DNA of 64,000 bases, taken from the NCBI RefSeq assembly GCF_000281045.1, contig NW_008246110.1, positions 246,049-310,048 on the forward strand, read 5' to 3'. The stretch is from Saprolegnia diclina VS20 (taxonomy: Eukaryota). Below, piece after piece: positions 24,801 through 35,512 of this stretch; position 1 is the first letter of the stretch, and each line of letters opens with the position of its first letter. The position numbers and the translations under genes are program-made. Below the pieces are notes generated by a model. That model was not told the DNA's origin. It saw only the letters and a list, made by a program, of their open reading frames with translations, and did no database searches.

Positions 24801-27040
24801 GAAACGATGTGGATCAAACCCAAGTCGAGTACATTTGCATGGTCACTGTGTACGATGACCATGGTGGCCAACAACTAGAGCGAGGTCAGAGCGTCTGCAT
24901 ACCGCACCATCGCAAATCTCGTGTAGCGTGTTGCGCATATCATAGCAACGTACGAATCAGCCCTACGCTCGTATTTCACAGAATGCACACTGTAGTCGCG
25001 CTAAAACAAATGGAGATCTGGTCGGAAATGGTCTCGTGCAGTGACGATTAGACTGGCGCTTAGCCTTTCGGGGTGTTACTGACAGACTTTCGAGGCTCAG
25101 AGGACTCAGGATGGGGTACGTGTCATCACCCGCGTCCTTACTCGATCCATCGTAATTGTATCGCACAACGGATTCCCTCGTCCTCGCCTGTTTGCGTCGG
25201 GTAGCGTGCCGGGGCCAATGTGCCGGGGGGCTGAGAGTCCTCGCCACTGCATTTGTTGGCACCTAATAAGGTGCTGGCAAGCCAGCGATACGGTGCGAGT
25301 CGACGACACGACTAGGTTGCACGACGTCATTAGTACCGCGCGGTACGCACGGTCGCGTCGTCGTCGAACGTCAGCACGCTCTTTACCGCCTCTCGCGTTG
25401 GCACCAACCAGATGCCGTGCCTCTGTCGCGCCAACAAAAACGGCGTAAAATCATCATCATCGCGAGGGTGGACCTTGGTGTAGCCTTCCAGTGGGACCCA
25501 GAAGCATTTGCTGCGCTCGAGCGATGCAGAATGACGCGATTATAAACAGACTGCTACATATGCAGACTGCTATGTACTGTACTCACATGTGATCCTCGGG
25601 TCGAGGGCGCGCCATTACGCATGATTTGCTCGCACGAAAAGCAACGCGATTCAACGCGTCAGCCTCGGCATGAGATGGTCACCTTGGAATGGCAATATTG
25701 ACCGCAATATTGACCCGAAAACACCTTGGTACCCTACCCCTGGGGTGGACCTCGGGATGGTCTGCGGTGCTTGCCGTCGCTTGCACTGGCGTGGAAGCTA
25801 CTGCAGAGTGAGTCGCTCATGTATCACTTGGACAAACTCGTGGACGGGACACCACCGAAACCCAGCCTGGTCTTCTCTCTTCTTTGTGGCTGTTGTCATA
25901 CCTGCCTCTGTACACGACGTGCAGTGCCGAGACAAGGTTGATTGTCTCGCTTCATGTTGAGTTGCGAAAAGCGCGCGTCGAGTTTCTAGTGTGCAGCAGC
26001 CAAACCCAGAGCCAAACCTTCTGACACGACCTCTGCAGCGCGCTCCTGCGCATCTTAGATATTAGCAGCGCCACCCCGCACGTATGCGACTCTGTAGGAA
26101 CACGACCTGCGACCGCGAGGACTATGGCGGAACAACGTCGAGTTATCGTCGAGCTTCGCATACGGCGCACCTAAACTTCTCTCGGTCGCTCCCCAGTGCA
26201 GCCTCTTCATGAACCCCTCGACCGCGTGCACGTAATACGCATCGCATGGATCCCTCGTCGGTCCGCAAGTGCCATAACGACGAAGGTAATCTCGCTGGAC
26301 GGGTGTCCCATCCATGAATCTACCCGCTTGCCGCTGTGGCCCCCGAGCCAGAGATACCCAATTACACACCGCGTTACGCTGGACGCAAAGGTGCACTGGC
26401 GGCCATGTGTAGCCGCCGCACGGACAGGCGCTTCCTGAAGTGCAGCTTCCAAATCAGAGCGCGCCAAAGAGATAGCGAGACCGTCTCCTCCGCGTCAACT
26501 CCAGTGATCTCCAGTCTTGCTCGATTGCCTGCGTCATCGAGCACCAAAGGTCGGTCTCGCGTTGCGGTGGGTCGTCGTACGTTCAGACAGCATGACGCGC
26601 CTCTTGCAGTGCCGAAGGATATTTGTTCGTCAAGCTTGGGAGTCGCCGAGGTCGCAAAACCAGGGTCGTCACGATACACGGGGTCGGGCCCGGCAAAGGC
26701 CAACTTGGGTACAACTCACCGTAGAGCGGCAGACCTTGCGGTGCACCACACGTGGATGGTCGCGGCGCTGCGTGCAGTGGCGACCACTGCACGGGTGGAT
26801 CTGTCCAGTGCAATTGGGATAAGCATGTACAGTACACATCTCGTTTGCACATTTGGACCCGGGCAGGGTCCCTAAAAACGGATCCTTTTAGGGGAGGGGG
26901 CCCAAAACAATGGGATCTGTACACCGCGTAACTTGCGCCATGTCTAGCCCCCGGGGGTGTGGGACCAGATGGGCGCGCACGAGCTTGCAATCGTCGCCAG
27001 TCCCAGCTGGCGTGGCGGCTCGAGTTTCCATCTTGTCTTT

Positions 27041-27056
27041 CTCACTCGCCAAATTC
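27041..27056 (+). promoter_or_regulatory. Oomycete INR/FPR-like core promoter
   Basis: CTCACTCGCCAAATTC lies about 20-35 nt upstream of ATG 27075 and resembles the YCAYTYY+AWTTNC consensus. Confidence 0.5.
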
Positions 27057-27074
27057 AGCGGTTCCGGCAAGACG

Positions 27075-28670
27075 ATGATGAAGGGCTCGATGGCGCCGAT
27101 GATGCTGACGCAGGCGCGCAAGGACGAGCTCCTCGAGGACATTGACTCGATGCTGCCGACGCTCCTTCAGTCCATGCGCCCGCAGGCGTCGCAATGGGAC
27201 CTCAACTTTGTCCGGAACGGCGTCACGTGCTATGACAACGTGCACGCGGACCCGTACCACCGGCTTTGCCTCTCGGCGAGCACGGTCGCGTCGTCGCTCG
27301 ACTCGGCCATGAGCGCGATGGCCACCGACACGACGTCGGCGCTTCTCCGCGCCGAGAAGGAGGCGCTTGGCGACCGCGTCTCGAACGCGACGGTCGTCTC
27401 GCCGCTGCGCCCGCGCACGCGCAAATCGCAGAACCACTACATTGGCATCAAGTGGATCGCATACAACATCAACGGCCAGCAGCGCTTCGACCTTGTCTTT
27501 TGCGACGCTGTTGGCACGGGCGTCGACCCGGTCTCGGGGCGCCGGTACGGGTACCGCGTCCTGCGGTCCATGGTGCTGCCCGAATGCATGCCGATCGAGG
27601 GGCTCCCGCGCGGCCACGTCGGCTTCAACGTCATCAAGTTTATCGAGACGGACGACCCGGGCATGCTCGACATGCACATCGCGGTCAACCTCCTCGTCGA
27701 CGACGTCGCGTCGCTCTCGAGCGTCTTTGATCCGTTCCCGCAGACGACGCGTCTCCGGAGCTACGTCGAGCAGTTTTACAAGAAGCAGTCGGCGATTCCG
27801 GCGCGGCGCCACACGACGCCGCTCTTCCACTCGTTCTCCATGTCGCTCCTCGACGACCCGACAAAGGAGAAGAAGCCGTCGCAGTGCGCCTTGTGCCGCA
27901 AGAAGTTTCACTGGTTCCGCCGACGCCACGCGTGCAGCGAGTGCAGCAACACGGTCTGCCACTCGTGCGTCGAGACCATCAAGCTGCGCCGCGCCCGCCG
28001 CAAGATCTGCCTCGTGTGCCGCTGCACGACGACGCTCCAGGGCTCGAACGAGTCGCAGGCGTCGCCCCAAGGCCTCCTGCGCTACCGCGCGCCGACGCAG
28101 CCGCAGCGCCAGTCGCTCACGTCGCCGATTTATGACATTCGCATGAGTGCGTGGTCACCGCGGTCGATTGACGGCGAAACACCCACGAGCCGCCACACGG
28201 TCGCTGGGTACCCAGACTACGATCGCCCTACGACGCCGTCCTCGGTCATCTCGTTCAACGGCGGCGACAACTACGCGCCCCGCTACAGCAGCGAGCGCTC
28301 GTACATGGGCTCGAGCCGCGGCCACAACACTGGCGAGTCGCGTTCGATGGTCGAGCCGCCCGTCGGGCTTGGCTCGTCCCGGGGCGCGTCCGGTGGCCGG
28401 TTCATTTCGTTCCAGATGCCGTGGGACCAAAAGCACAAGCCGGCGCCGTCGGTCCGGACACCGGGTGGGAAGCGCATGGCAAATACAACCCGCGACACGG
28501 TCGACTACGAAGACGATATGCTCATGCAGCAGATCAACCGCACCTCTATTAGCAGCGTCTCGTCGCTCCATGACTGGAACCCCGTCGACATCACGGCCCG
28601 CAACTCGATCCCGTACGCCAACAGCGGCTGGACGCCCGTCGACCACTCGTCGATGCAGCAGGTCCGGTAG
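27075..28670 (+). CDS. Oomycete START-like plus FYVE-type zinc finger protein
   Basis: An N-terminal START-like region (YIGIKW..DLVFCDAVG..YRVLRSMVLPEC) and CALCRKKFHWFRRRHACSECSNTVCHSC..ICLVC, then a Ser/Pro-rich tail. Confidence 0.85.
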   Translation: MMKGSMAPMMLTQARKDELLEDIDSMLPTLLQSMRPQASQWDLNFVRNGVTCYDNVHADPYHRLCLSASTVASSLDSAMSAMATDTTSALLRAEKEALGDRVSNATVVSPLRPRTRKSQNHYIGIKWIAYNINGQQRFDLVFCDAVGTGVDPVSGRRYGYRVLRSMVLPECMPIEGLPRGHVGFNVIKFIETDDPGMLDMHIAVNLLVDDVASLSSVFDPFPQTTRLRSYVEQFYKKQSAIPARRHTTPLFHSFSMSLLDDPTKEKKPSQCALCRKKFHWFRRRHACSECSNTVCHSCVETIKLRRARRKICLVCRCTTTLQGSNESQASPQGLLRYRAPTQPQRQSLTSPIYDIRMSAWSPRSIDGETPTSRHTVAGYPDYDRPTTPSSVISFNGGDNYAPRYSSERSYMGSSRGHNTGESRSMVEPPVGLGSSRGASGGRFISFQMPWDQKHKPAPSVRTPGGKRMANTTRDTVDYEDDMLMQQINRTSISSVSSLHDWNPVDITARNSIPYANSGWTPVDHSSMQQVR

Positions 28671-29041
28671 TCTCGTCGTTTTAACCTGACGTCATCATTT
28701 ATTCCTTGTACGACTACATGGACTTGCATCTTCTTCCAGCTCCAAATGAACTCCCTTGCCAGCTCCACAGCCAGCTCGGACCCTCCGCATCAGGCCCAAC
28801 AATGCTGGTGGTTGCTGACCACGCCGCCACATCGCCGTCTGCTATCGCCTTCTGCCTGCCGATCTCGTGCATATCACTAGTAGATATCACTAGACTGCGA
28901 AGCAGGTGCATGGCACCGTCGGACCACGCATGGACCAAGCTGCCCAGGGGTAGGTGTCGCCTCCATTTTATTTTCGGCACGACGCCGGTGTGATGCCGAA
29001 TTTAGTAGATTCGTCAGCTGGATCGGCCACTTGTGTCGACA

Positions 29042-30025
29042 ATGAGCGGCTTGTACTACGACCGGGAAACGGGGGCGACAACGCTCCTGGGCGAGGCGCG
29101 GGCGAAGCTGTCGGCGGCGGCGGCCAAGGCGAACGAGGCAGCGCCCGATGGCATCGACGTCTTCCAAACCCGCGACTGGACCATTGCGGCGAAGAAGAGC
29201 CACATCACGCCACTGCATGCGCTCGACTCGCTCGGGACGGCCATCAACATGACGCCGCCCGAGATGGTCTTTGGACACAACCAGCTGCTTCTCGTGCACG
29301 AGCCGTCGGGCTTTAGCCTCTCGTTCGTTGCTATGGAGGCGCTTGCGCACTGCCACTTCAAGGACGGCGCGACCGACCAACTCAAGGTCGCCGTGGCCAA
29401 GGAAAAAACGTACGCTTTTTGATGCGTGCGCTTCTGCTAGCTCACGTTGCACTACATGTCGTAGCGGGAACGAGGTCAAGGAGCTCGAGATTTCGTACGA
29501 CTGGACGTATACGACAGACTACAAGGGAACGCTGGGGCGCGAAGACCGCGCGACGCACGTCGTGTCGCCCAGTGGCGTCCGCGTCGAACCCACGACGGAG
29601 CGCATCGACTTTGAGAAGCTCAAGGTTCGCGAGCCCATTCTGTGGAGCGGCGAGGTCAACCTGTACGAAGACGAGCTCCACGACCATGGCATCTCGGTCA
29701 TGTCCCTGCGCATGGTACGCCTCATTGTTGCATGGAGCATTCGCGCACTGTCTCTTCTTAGCGCGTCATGCCCTCCGGCTTTTACGTCCTCGCGCGCTAC
29801 TACATGCGTCTTGACAACGTGCTCGTGCGTCTTCATGAGACGCGCATCCACCACCTCTTTGGGTCTGACTACATGCTGCGCGAGTACACAGAGAAGGAGG
29901 CGGCGTTCGAGGCGCTCTTCGCCCAGGGACACCCGAACCACATGTCCCACTACACCAACGTGGACACGTACCAGCATCTCCTGTCGACCAAGACGGCGCA
30001 GTATGAAAAGGTCTTTCTCCAGTAG
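29042..30025 (+). CDS. TIP41: TIP41/TIPRL-like PP2A regulator, 3 exons
   Basis: PEMVFGHN, YDWTYTTDY, IDFEKLK..EPIL, LYEDELHDHG and RVMPSGFYVLARYYMRLDNVLVR. Introns lie at about 29409-29464 and 29715-29761. Confidence 0.93.
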
Positions 30026-30834
30026 TCGTCGTCGGAGCAACACGTAATTTTGCACACGAATCGACTTCAACATCGTGCGTGGTGTTACGCCGCCAGTTGC
30101 ATGGAGACGCAGAAGAGTAATCGCCACGTCACGCATCCACGAGCTGTCGCGGCGAGGCGATGGGCGGGTGCACGTGGGGGGTCCCGGTCTGGTCCCATCG
30201 CGCGTCGTCCGGCGATGACGCTACCGTCGACGGTCGGCCGTACGCAGTAGCAAGAAGCCAGCGCATCAACATGCTTGGTTGGACATCGATCAATACAGTT
30301 TGGCAACAAGCTGACTCAGTTGCGGTACTCCTCGTCGGGCAAGGCTACGCTTCCTTGAAGCTGGCAGCGCTGGTTGTGGATGGGGGCGGCTGCTGTGGGT
30401 TCTAGTATCGCTCGCACAATGGCCACGACTCCTACGCCCAGCCCACGTACTCGTAGCCACAAGGCTATCAGCGTCTACCTCGGCAGAAACGCGTTGCATG
30501 CAGCTACGCTGTCCCTGCCCCCTCCATGCAGCCGCGTCGTCGTCGCTGGCGCCGCAGCGGGTGTGTGGAGCAAAACCACTATCCGGATACGTGGTGCCCG
30601 TCGGCCCTCTATTTAAAATCCCACGACATCAAACACATTTTATTTAGAGGGAATTCCCCCAGAAAGCGTGCACAAACTAATTAAATAGCTTGCAGTTTAT
30701 ATCGTTTCGTCAACACGAAATAAAAAAGACATTGCGCACGGCAGTAAACACGTAAAAAAAGTACATCCGGATACGGCCCGATCCACGTTGCAATTAAATT
30801 CGCGGACGCACAATCCAACTCGCCGCCTGAGCCG

Positions 30835-32262
30835 ATGGTCTTCCTCGCTGCCGACGACTCGGCGCTCGCGACCCGCGTCGTGCTCTACCTCCATGAGGTG
30901 CTGCACTCGCCTGCTGCCAACGAGATCATGATCAAGGTGCATGCGCTGCTCCGCTGGACCGGCGTCCCGCCGCCGTACCCTGACGCCGAGCGCACGGCCA
31001 TCTCGGTGCTCACGACGATCGCGACGCTGCTGCTCTACTTCTTCCTCTTTGGGAAGCGCCACCGCCGCCGCCGCAACATGCTCCAGCAAGAGCTCGAAGA
31101 GGCCACGCGCAAGGTGCAGGAGCTCGAAGAGAAGCTCGCCGATATGGACGACGAAGAAGATGGCAACCGGTCGGGGAAGAAGAAGGAAATCCGCATCTGG
31201 ATGGACGGCGCCTTTGACATGATGCACTATGGCCACATGAACGCGTTCCGCCAAGCCAAGGCTTTGGGCACGTACCTCGTGGTCGGTGTCAACGACGACA
31301 AGAGCATTACGGCGTGCAAGGGCGCACCGCCGGTCATGGACGACGACGAGCGTATTGCCTCGGTTGCCGGCTGCAAGTTTGTCGACGAAGTCGAGCCGCA
31401 CTGCCCGTACATTATGAACGAAGAGTATTTGACCAAGATGATCAAGAAGCACCGCCTCGATTACATTGTGCACGGCGACGACCCGTGCATCGTCGATGGC
31501 AAGGACGTCTACGAGGTGGCCCAGCGCCTCGGCAAGTACCGCACGATCCCGCGCACGGAGGGTGTCTCGACGTCAGACATTCTCGGCCGCATGCTCCTCC
31601 TCAACAAGGCCCACCATCGCCACGACACGGTGACGCAGCTCTCGTCCAAGGTCAAGGCTAACTCATCGTCGGCGCTCCAACAGCGTCCATCCCGCTTCCT
31701 CACGACGAACCGCATGCTCCGCCTCTTCTCGGTCGGCAACAAGGACCCGGCCCCGACCGCGCGTGTCGTGTACATTGACGGTGCGTGGGACATGTTCCAC
31801 CCGGGCCACGTCGACATCCTCAAGATGGCGAAAGCGCAGGGCGACTACCTCATTGTCGGTGTGCACAACGATGCGATCGTCAACAAGCACCGCGGTCTCA
31901 ACTACCCGATCATGAACCTCCACGAGCGCGTCTTGAGCGTCCTCGGCTGCCGCTACGTTGACGACGTGCTCATTGATGCGCCGTGGCAGGTGACCAAGGA
32001 GATGATTGCGTCACTGCGCCTCGCGGTCGTCGTCCATGGCTCGCACCGCGACGCCGAAGACACGGACGCTGCCATGGACGACCACTACAAGTGCGCGCGT
32101 GAAGCCGGAATCTACCGCGAGCTCCCAAGCCCGCGCAATCTCGATGTCAAGGACATTGTCGACCGCATCGCCGAGAACCGCGAGCGCTTTGAGAAGAAGT
32201 TTGTCAAGAAGATGGAGGCCGAGAAGGAGTACTACGACGACCGGTACGCGCAGAAGAAGTAG
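30835..32262 (+). CDS. Ethanolamine-phosphate cytidylyltransferase (ECT/PCYT2-like) with N-terminal membrane anchor
   Basis: Two cytidylyltransferase domains (DGAFDMMHYGH..RTEGVSTS; YIDGAWDMFHPGH..PIMNLHER) and a hydrophobic N-terminal segment followed by a coiled coil. Confidence 0.95.
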   Translation: MVFLAADDSALATRVVLYLHEVLHSPAANEIMIKVHALLRWTGVPPPYPDAERTAISVLTTIATLLLYFFLFGKRHRRRRNMLQQELEEATRKVQELEEKLADMDDEEDGNRSGKKKEIRIWMDGAFDMMHYGHMNAFRQAKALGTYLVVGVNDDKSITACKGAPPVMDDDERIASVAGCKFVDEVEPHCPYIMNEEYLTKMIKKHRLDYIVHGDDPCIVDGKDVYEVAQRLGKYRTIPRTEGVSTSDILGRMLLLNKAHHRHDTVTQLSSKVKANSSSALQQRPSRFLTTNRMLRLFSVGNKDPAPTARVVYIDGAWDMFHPGHVDILKMAKAQGDYLIVGVHNDAIVNKHRGLNYPIMNLHERVLSVLGCRYVDDVLIDAPWQVTKEMIASLRLAVVVHGSHRDAEDTDAAMDDHYKCAREAGIYRELPSPRNLDVKDIVDRIAENRERFEKKFVKKMEAEKEYYDDRYAQKK

Positions 32263-32627
32263 ATCACCGCTGCCGAGAGTCGAACGCGATCCTCCGTGGT
32301 CGCTTTCGTGTCCGTCGCGCAGTGTACTAGTAGTTTATATCCCACCCGTACCTTGTTTCGTCTCGGACTATAGTAGCTCAAGGTATTAGCCGAGCAGAAC
32401 TTATAGCCGGGGCACGTGCCAGATGTGATTGGCACTCTGATGGGACCTCGCCACGCTCCTGCAGCCGCGCAGCTGCTATGCTGTTGCGTCGTCGTTGGCT
32501 GGGTCCTGGGCTGCATCGCTGGCGAAGCTCGCTGGCGACGTTCCGCCGTGCCACGTGCGAGTGTCGAAAATAAATGTAGCATGCGGCATGTGCCGAATTC
32601 ATTTCGGACGGTACAAAAGATTTGGAT

Positions 32628-33193
32628 ATGTTGCAGTCGGTGGTCCGCGTTGGCGTCCGCCATGGCGCCCGCGCGCTCATGGTCGCCGCTCGCCCGTTGC
32701 CGCGCTTTGTCCGTAGTGAGACGCCGCTGATGCATTCGCGTCTGCTCATGCTGCCGATCGACATGCGCGGCCGGCACTTGTCCACGCGTGCGCTGGAAGA
32801 CAACCCGCCCGACTGCCCGCAGTGCGCCGGCGCCAACACGTACTTTGATGGCGTCTCGCTCTTTGTGTGCCCCGACTGTAGCCACGATTGGGCCGTGGCC
32901 GCCGACGCAGCGGCTGACGCAGGTACATACGCGAGCCATGCATTGCCAGGTGGACTGAGCTCGTACGTGTAGAGACCAATGACGTATTCCGCGATGGCTT
33001 TGGCACAGTGCTCCAGAACGGCGACTCGGTCACCCTCTCCAAGGAGCTCAAGGCCGGGTCTGTCGTCTTGAAGAAGGGCACGAAGGTCAAGAGCATCCGG
33101 CTCGGCGCGTACGGCGACGGCCACGACATCTCGTGCTCGATTCCCGGAAAGGGCGCATTCCACCTCAAGACGCAGTTTGTCAAGAAGGCTTAA
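32628..33193 (+). CDS. YjdM/PhnA-family zinc-ribbon protein with N-terminal transit-peptide-like extension, 2 exons
   Basis: PDCPQCAGANTYFDG..FVCPDCSHDW, then a 50-nt intron (32923-32972), then RDGFGTVLQNGDSVTLSKELK..LKKGTKVKSIRL..HDISC..LKTQFVKKA. Confidence 0.9.
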
Positions 33194-33236
33194 TAAGCGA
33201 CCAATCTAAGTCGTCTCCTACTTACAGCATGTACGA

Positions 33237-33863
33237 CTACGACGTCTCGGGGTGGCAAAACGTGACGTTGAAGATCTCGGCCATCGGGCAGTTGTGGGTC
33301 TTGAGGTCGTCGCTCGGGTACAGGTAGGCGTCGGGCGCATCGTCGCGGGTGACATTGAGGCTGCGGCAGTTCTGTCCGTTATCGTACTTGGTGGGCTCGA
33401 CGAGCATCGGAACGTTGTACCCTGTCTTGTTGGTCTCGGCCTTGCACAGGTCGAAGCTCATGCAGTTGCCGGGCTATGTAGACAGCCAATATGAAGAGGC
33501 CTGTAGGGCAATGCACAAGACGGACGTACGCCCGGCGGGATGTTGCTCACGTCGTACCACACGCTGTTGTATCCGGGTGAGTTGATGATCGAGTACTCGA
33601 GCACTAGAGGAAGCGACGCATGAGCCCATGGAGATTACGGTAGACGTACGGTTGGCTTCGTTCGACGCCGTGTGCTTGAAGAGCCCATGGTCCTTGAGGC
33701 TCGTGTTGCAGTTATTCCCGACTGTCTCACCGGGCGCGAGGTCGCAGAGCGGGACGCTGCCGCCGCCATGCAGCTCGATCGTGTAGTTGCAGCGGTTTGT
33801 GAAGCGGAACTCGACGGCGAATGCGGCGCCGAGGAAGGCGACGAGGTAGCTGGTGCTGACCAT
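33237..33863 (-). CDS. Secreted thaumatin-like protein, 3 exons
   Basis: Signal peptide MVSTSYLVAFLGAAFA, then FTNRCNYTI, LLEYS..WYDVS, GYNVPM..P, DAYLYPSDD and FNVTFC. Confidence 0.85.
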
Positions 33864-34870
33864 GGCGAATAAGCAAGTGAAGTGCTTCCAGCGCCCAGCA
33901 GCGTCTCTGGGACGTGGCCAGTACGCAGCCTTTCCCGAGCTGCCTCTGCATCGTGTGTGAATATGTAGATATTGGAATATTGGACGCCATGGCACGCCAA
34001 TATAGGACCAGGCGCACACGACTAAGAACGTAGCATGGCGGAAACACTCGGATCCGTCGAGAAGAGCCAAGAAGAGTCGACCAGCCGACGATCGCTCCTC
34101 ATTGGATCCTCAGACGTGACCTCGCTGCATGGATAGATAGGTGCAAGGCCGCCAAGCATGAGGCCCTCCCCTCTCCACGGAGCAGCGAAGCGAGTGCTGC
34201 AGCCAGGCCAATGCAACACGCGCTATTAATAGGGAAGGAGCAGGATCCGCGACGCCGTGAGCGAGTGGGCTCTGTGGGTGCAGCGCCGTAGCAAGACGTC
34301 ACTTGGTGACGAAGCTATGGACCGACGACTGGACGTCAAAGCACGTCCACAAGCGCTTCCGTCGAGCGATGCACCGCAGTACGTAGTCCATCATCCGTGT
34401 GCATATTGGCTCTGTCCTTCGTGTTCATTCCTCGTGGCCGAGCCGGTTGGGGGTATTGAATGCATGGACAACCAGCGGTAGCTTTCTGTGTTCTCAGGAT
34501 GCACTCTAGCGCGGCGACACTAGGCTAGGTGGTTGAGCGAACCATTTCATCTCGGTCCCTTTCTCGGACAAGTCCTTCTGACAGTCAGACAGTCAGGTAT
34601 GCTGATGGTGTGCTAGTTCGCGTCTGGTGACCACCGCAGCAATCGCAGATCTGCAAATGTGTTTGCATACACCTTGGGCTCAAGCCTGTGCTGACAGGCA
34701 GGACGAGTGTACTGACAGGACGGCGGCGCACAGAAACGGCGCCAGATTCAAAGACAGGGCAGGACACCCATGCGTGGCCTCGTTTGATTGGCCAGCTAAC
34801 GGGCGAGTGCCACTCCGGTTGCCACGTGGATGGAGGTCCACTTGCATTTTCATCGACACTCGACACCAAT

Positions 34871-35512
34871 ATGGACGTGCCGCAGACCATCGTCAACAAC
34901 CTCGTCAGCTACGCAAGCTATCTCAACGTGACATCGGCGCACCTTTTGGACCTCTCGACTGCCTCGCCCGACGAAGTCCCGCTCCGGTACGGCGTCTTTG
35001 CGACGCTCGTCGTCCTTGGCCTCCTCCTTGGCACGCGCGGGCATCAAGTGCCACGGCTCCTTATTGGTGTGCTCATGATTCCGGTGGGCCTTGCCGGCCG
35101 CCCGGTGGAGCTTCTCGGGTGCTCGGAGTTGCTCTGCCTCGAGAGCCTCGGGTTTGGTCTTCTCGTCGGTGCACTCTTTGCCGCGCGACCGGCCTGGGCC
35201 ATCCGCCTCGTGTACTGCGCCGTCATGGCGCGCACGTTCAGCCGCGTCCTAGGCGATCTTCCGCACAAGGATCTTATTGCGCCGGGCGCGGCGCTTATTC
35301 TTGCGACCCTCGTGCTCGAGTTCAAGGACTCGACGGTGCGCGCCGTGGCGATGGTGCTTTCGTCGATTCTCGGTGCTCTCCTTGTCGTGAGCGTCTCGAC
35401 GGTTGCCATCGGTCCCGTGACGCTTGTCGTCTACGGCGTCATGGCCATGTGGTTCTACCGCATCCAGCGCGAGCATATCGCCAAGCTCACGCCCAAGTCC
35501 AAGCAAGATTAA
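34871..35512 (+). CDS. Multi-pass membrane protein of unknown function (possibly DUF4203/TM7S3-like)
   Basis: A 213-aa ORF with coding-like codon use, 6-7 hydrophobic segments and a basic C-tail. The family assignment is weak. Confidence 0.6.
   Translation: MDVPQTIVNNLVSYASYLNVTSAHLLDLSTASPDEVPLRYGVFATLVVLGLLLGTRGHQVPRLLIGVLMIPVGLAGRPVELLGCSELLCLESLGFGLLVGALFAARPAWAIRLVYCAVMARTFSRVLGDLPHKDLIAPGAALILATLVLEFKDSTVRAVAMVLSSILGALLVVSVSTVAIGPVTLVVYGVMAMWFYRIQREHIAKLTPKSKQD

Noticed and set aside
30835..33193. A phosphonate-lipid cluster made of the cytidylyltransferase plus 'PhnA'
   Set aside because: The YjdM/PhnA zinc-ribbon name is historical and this is not phosphonoacetate hydrolase. The transferase looks like ordinary ECT, and no PEP mutase is present.
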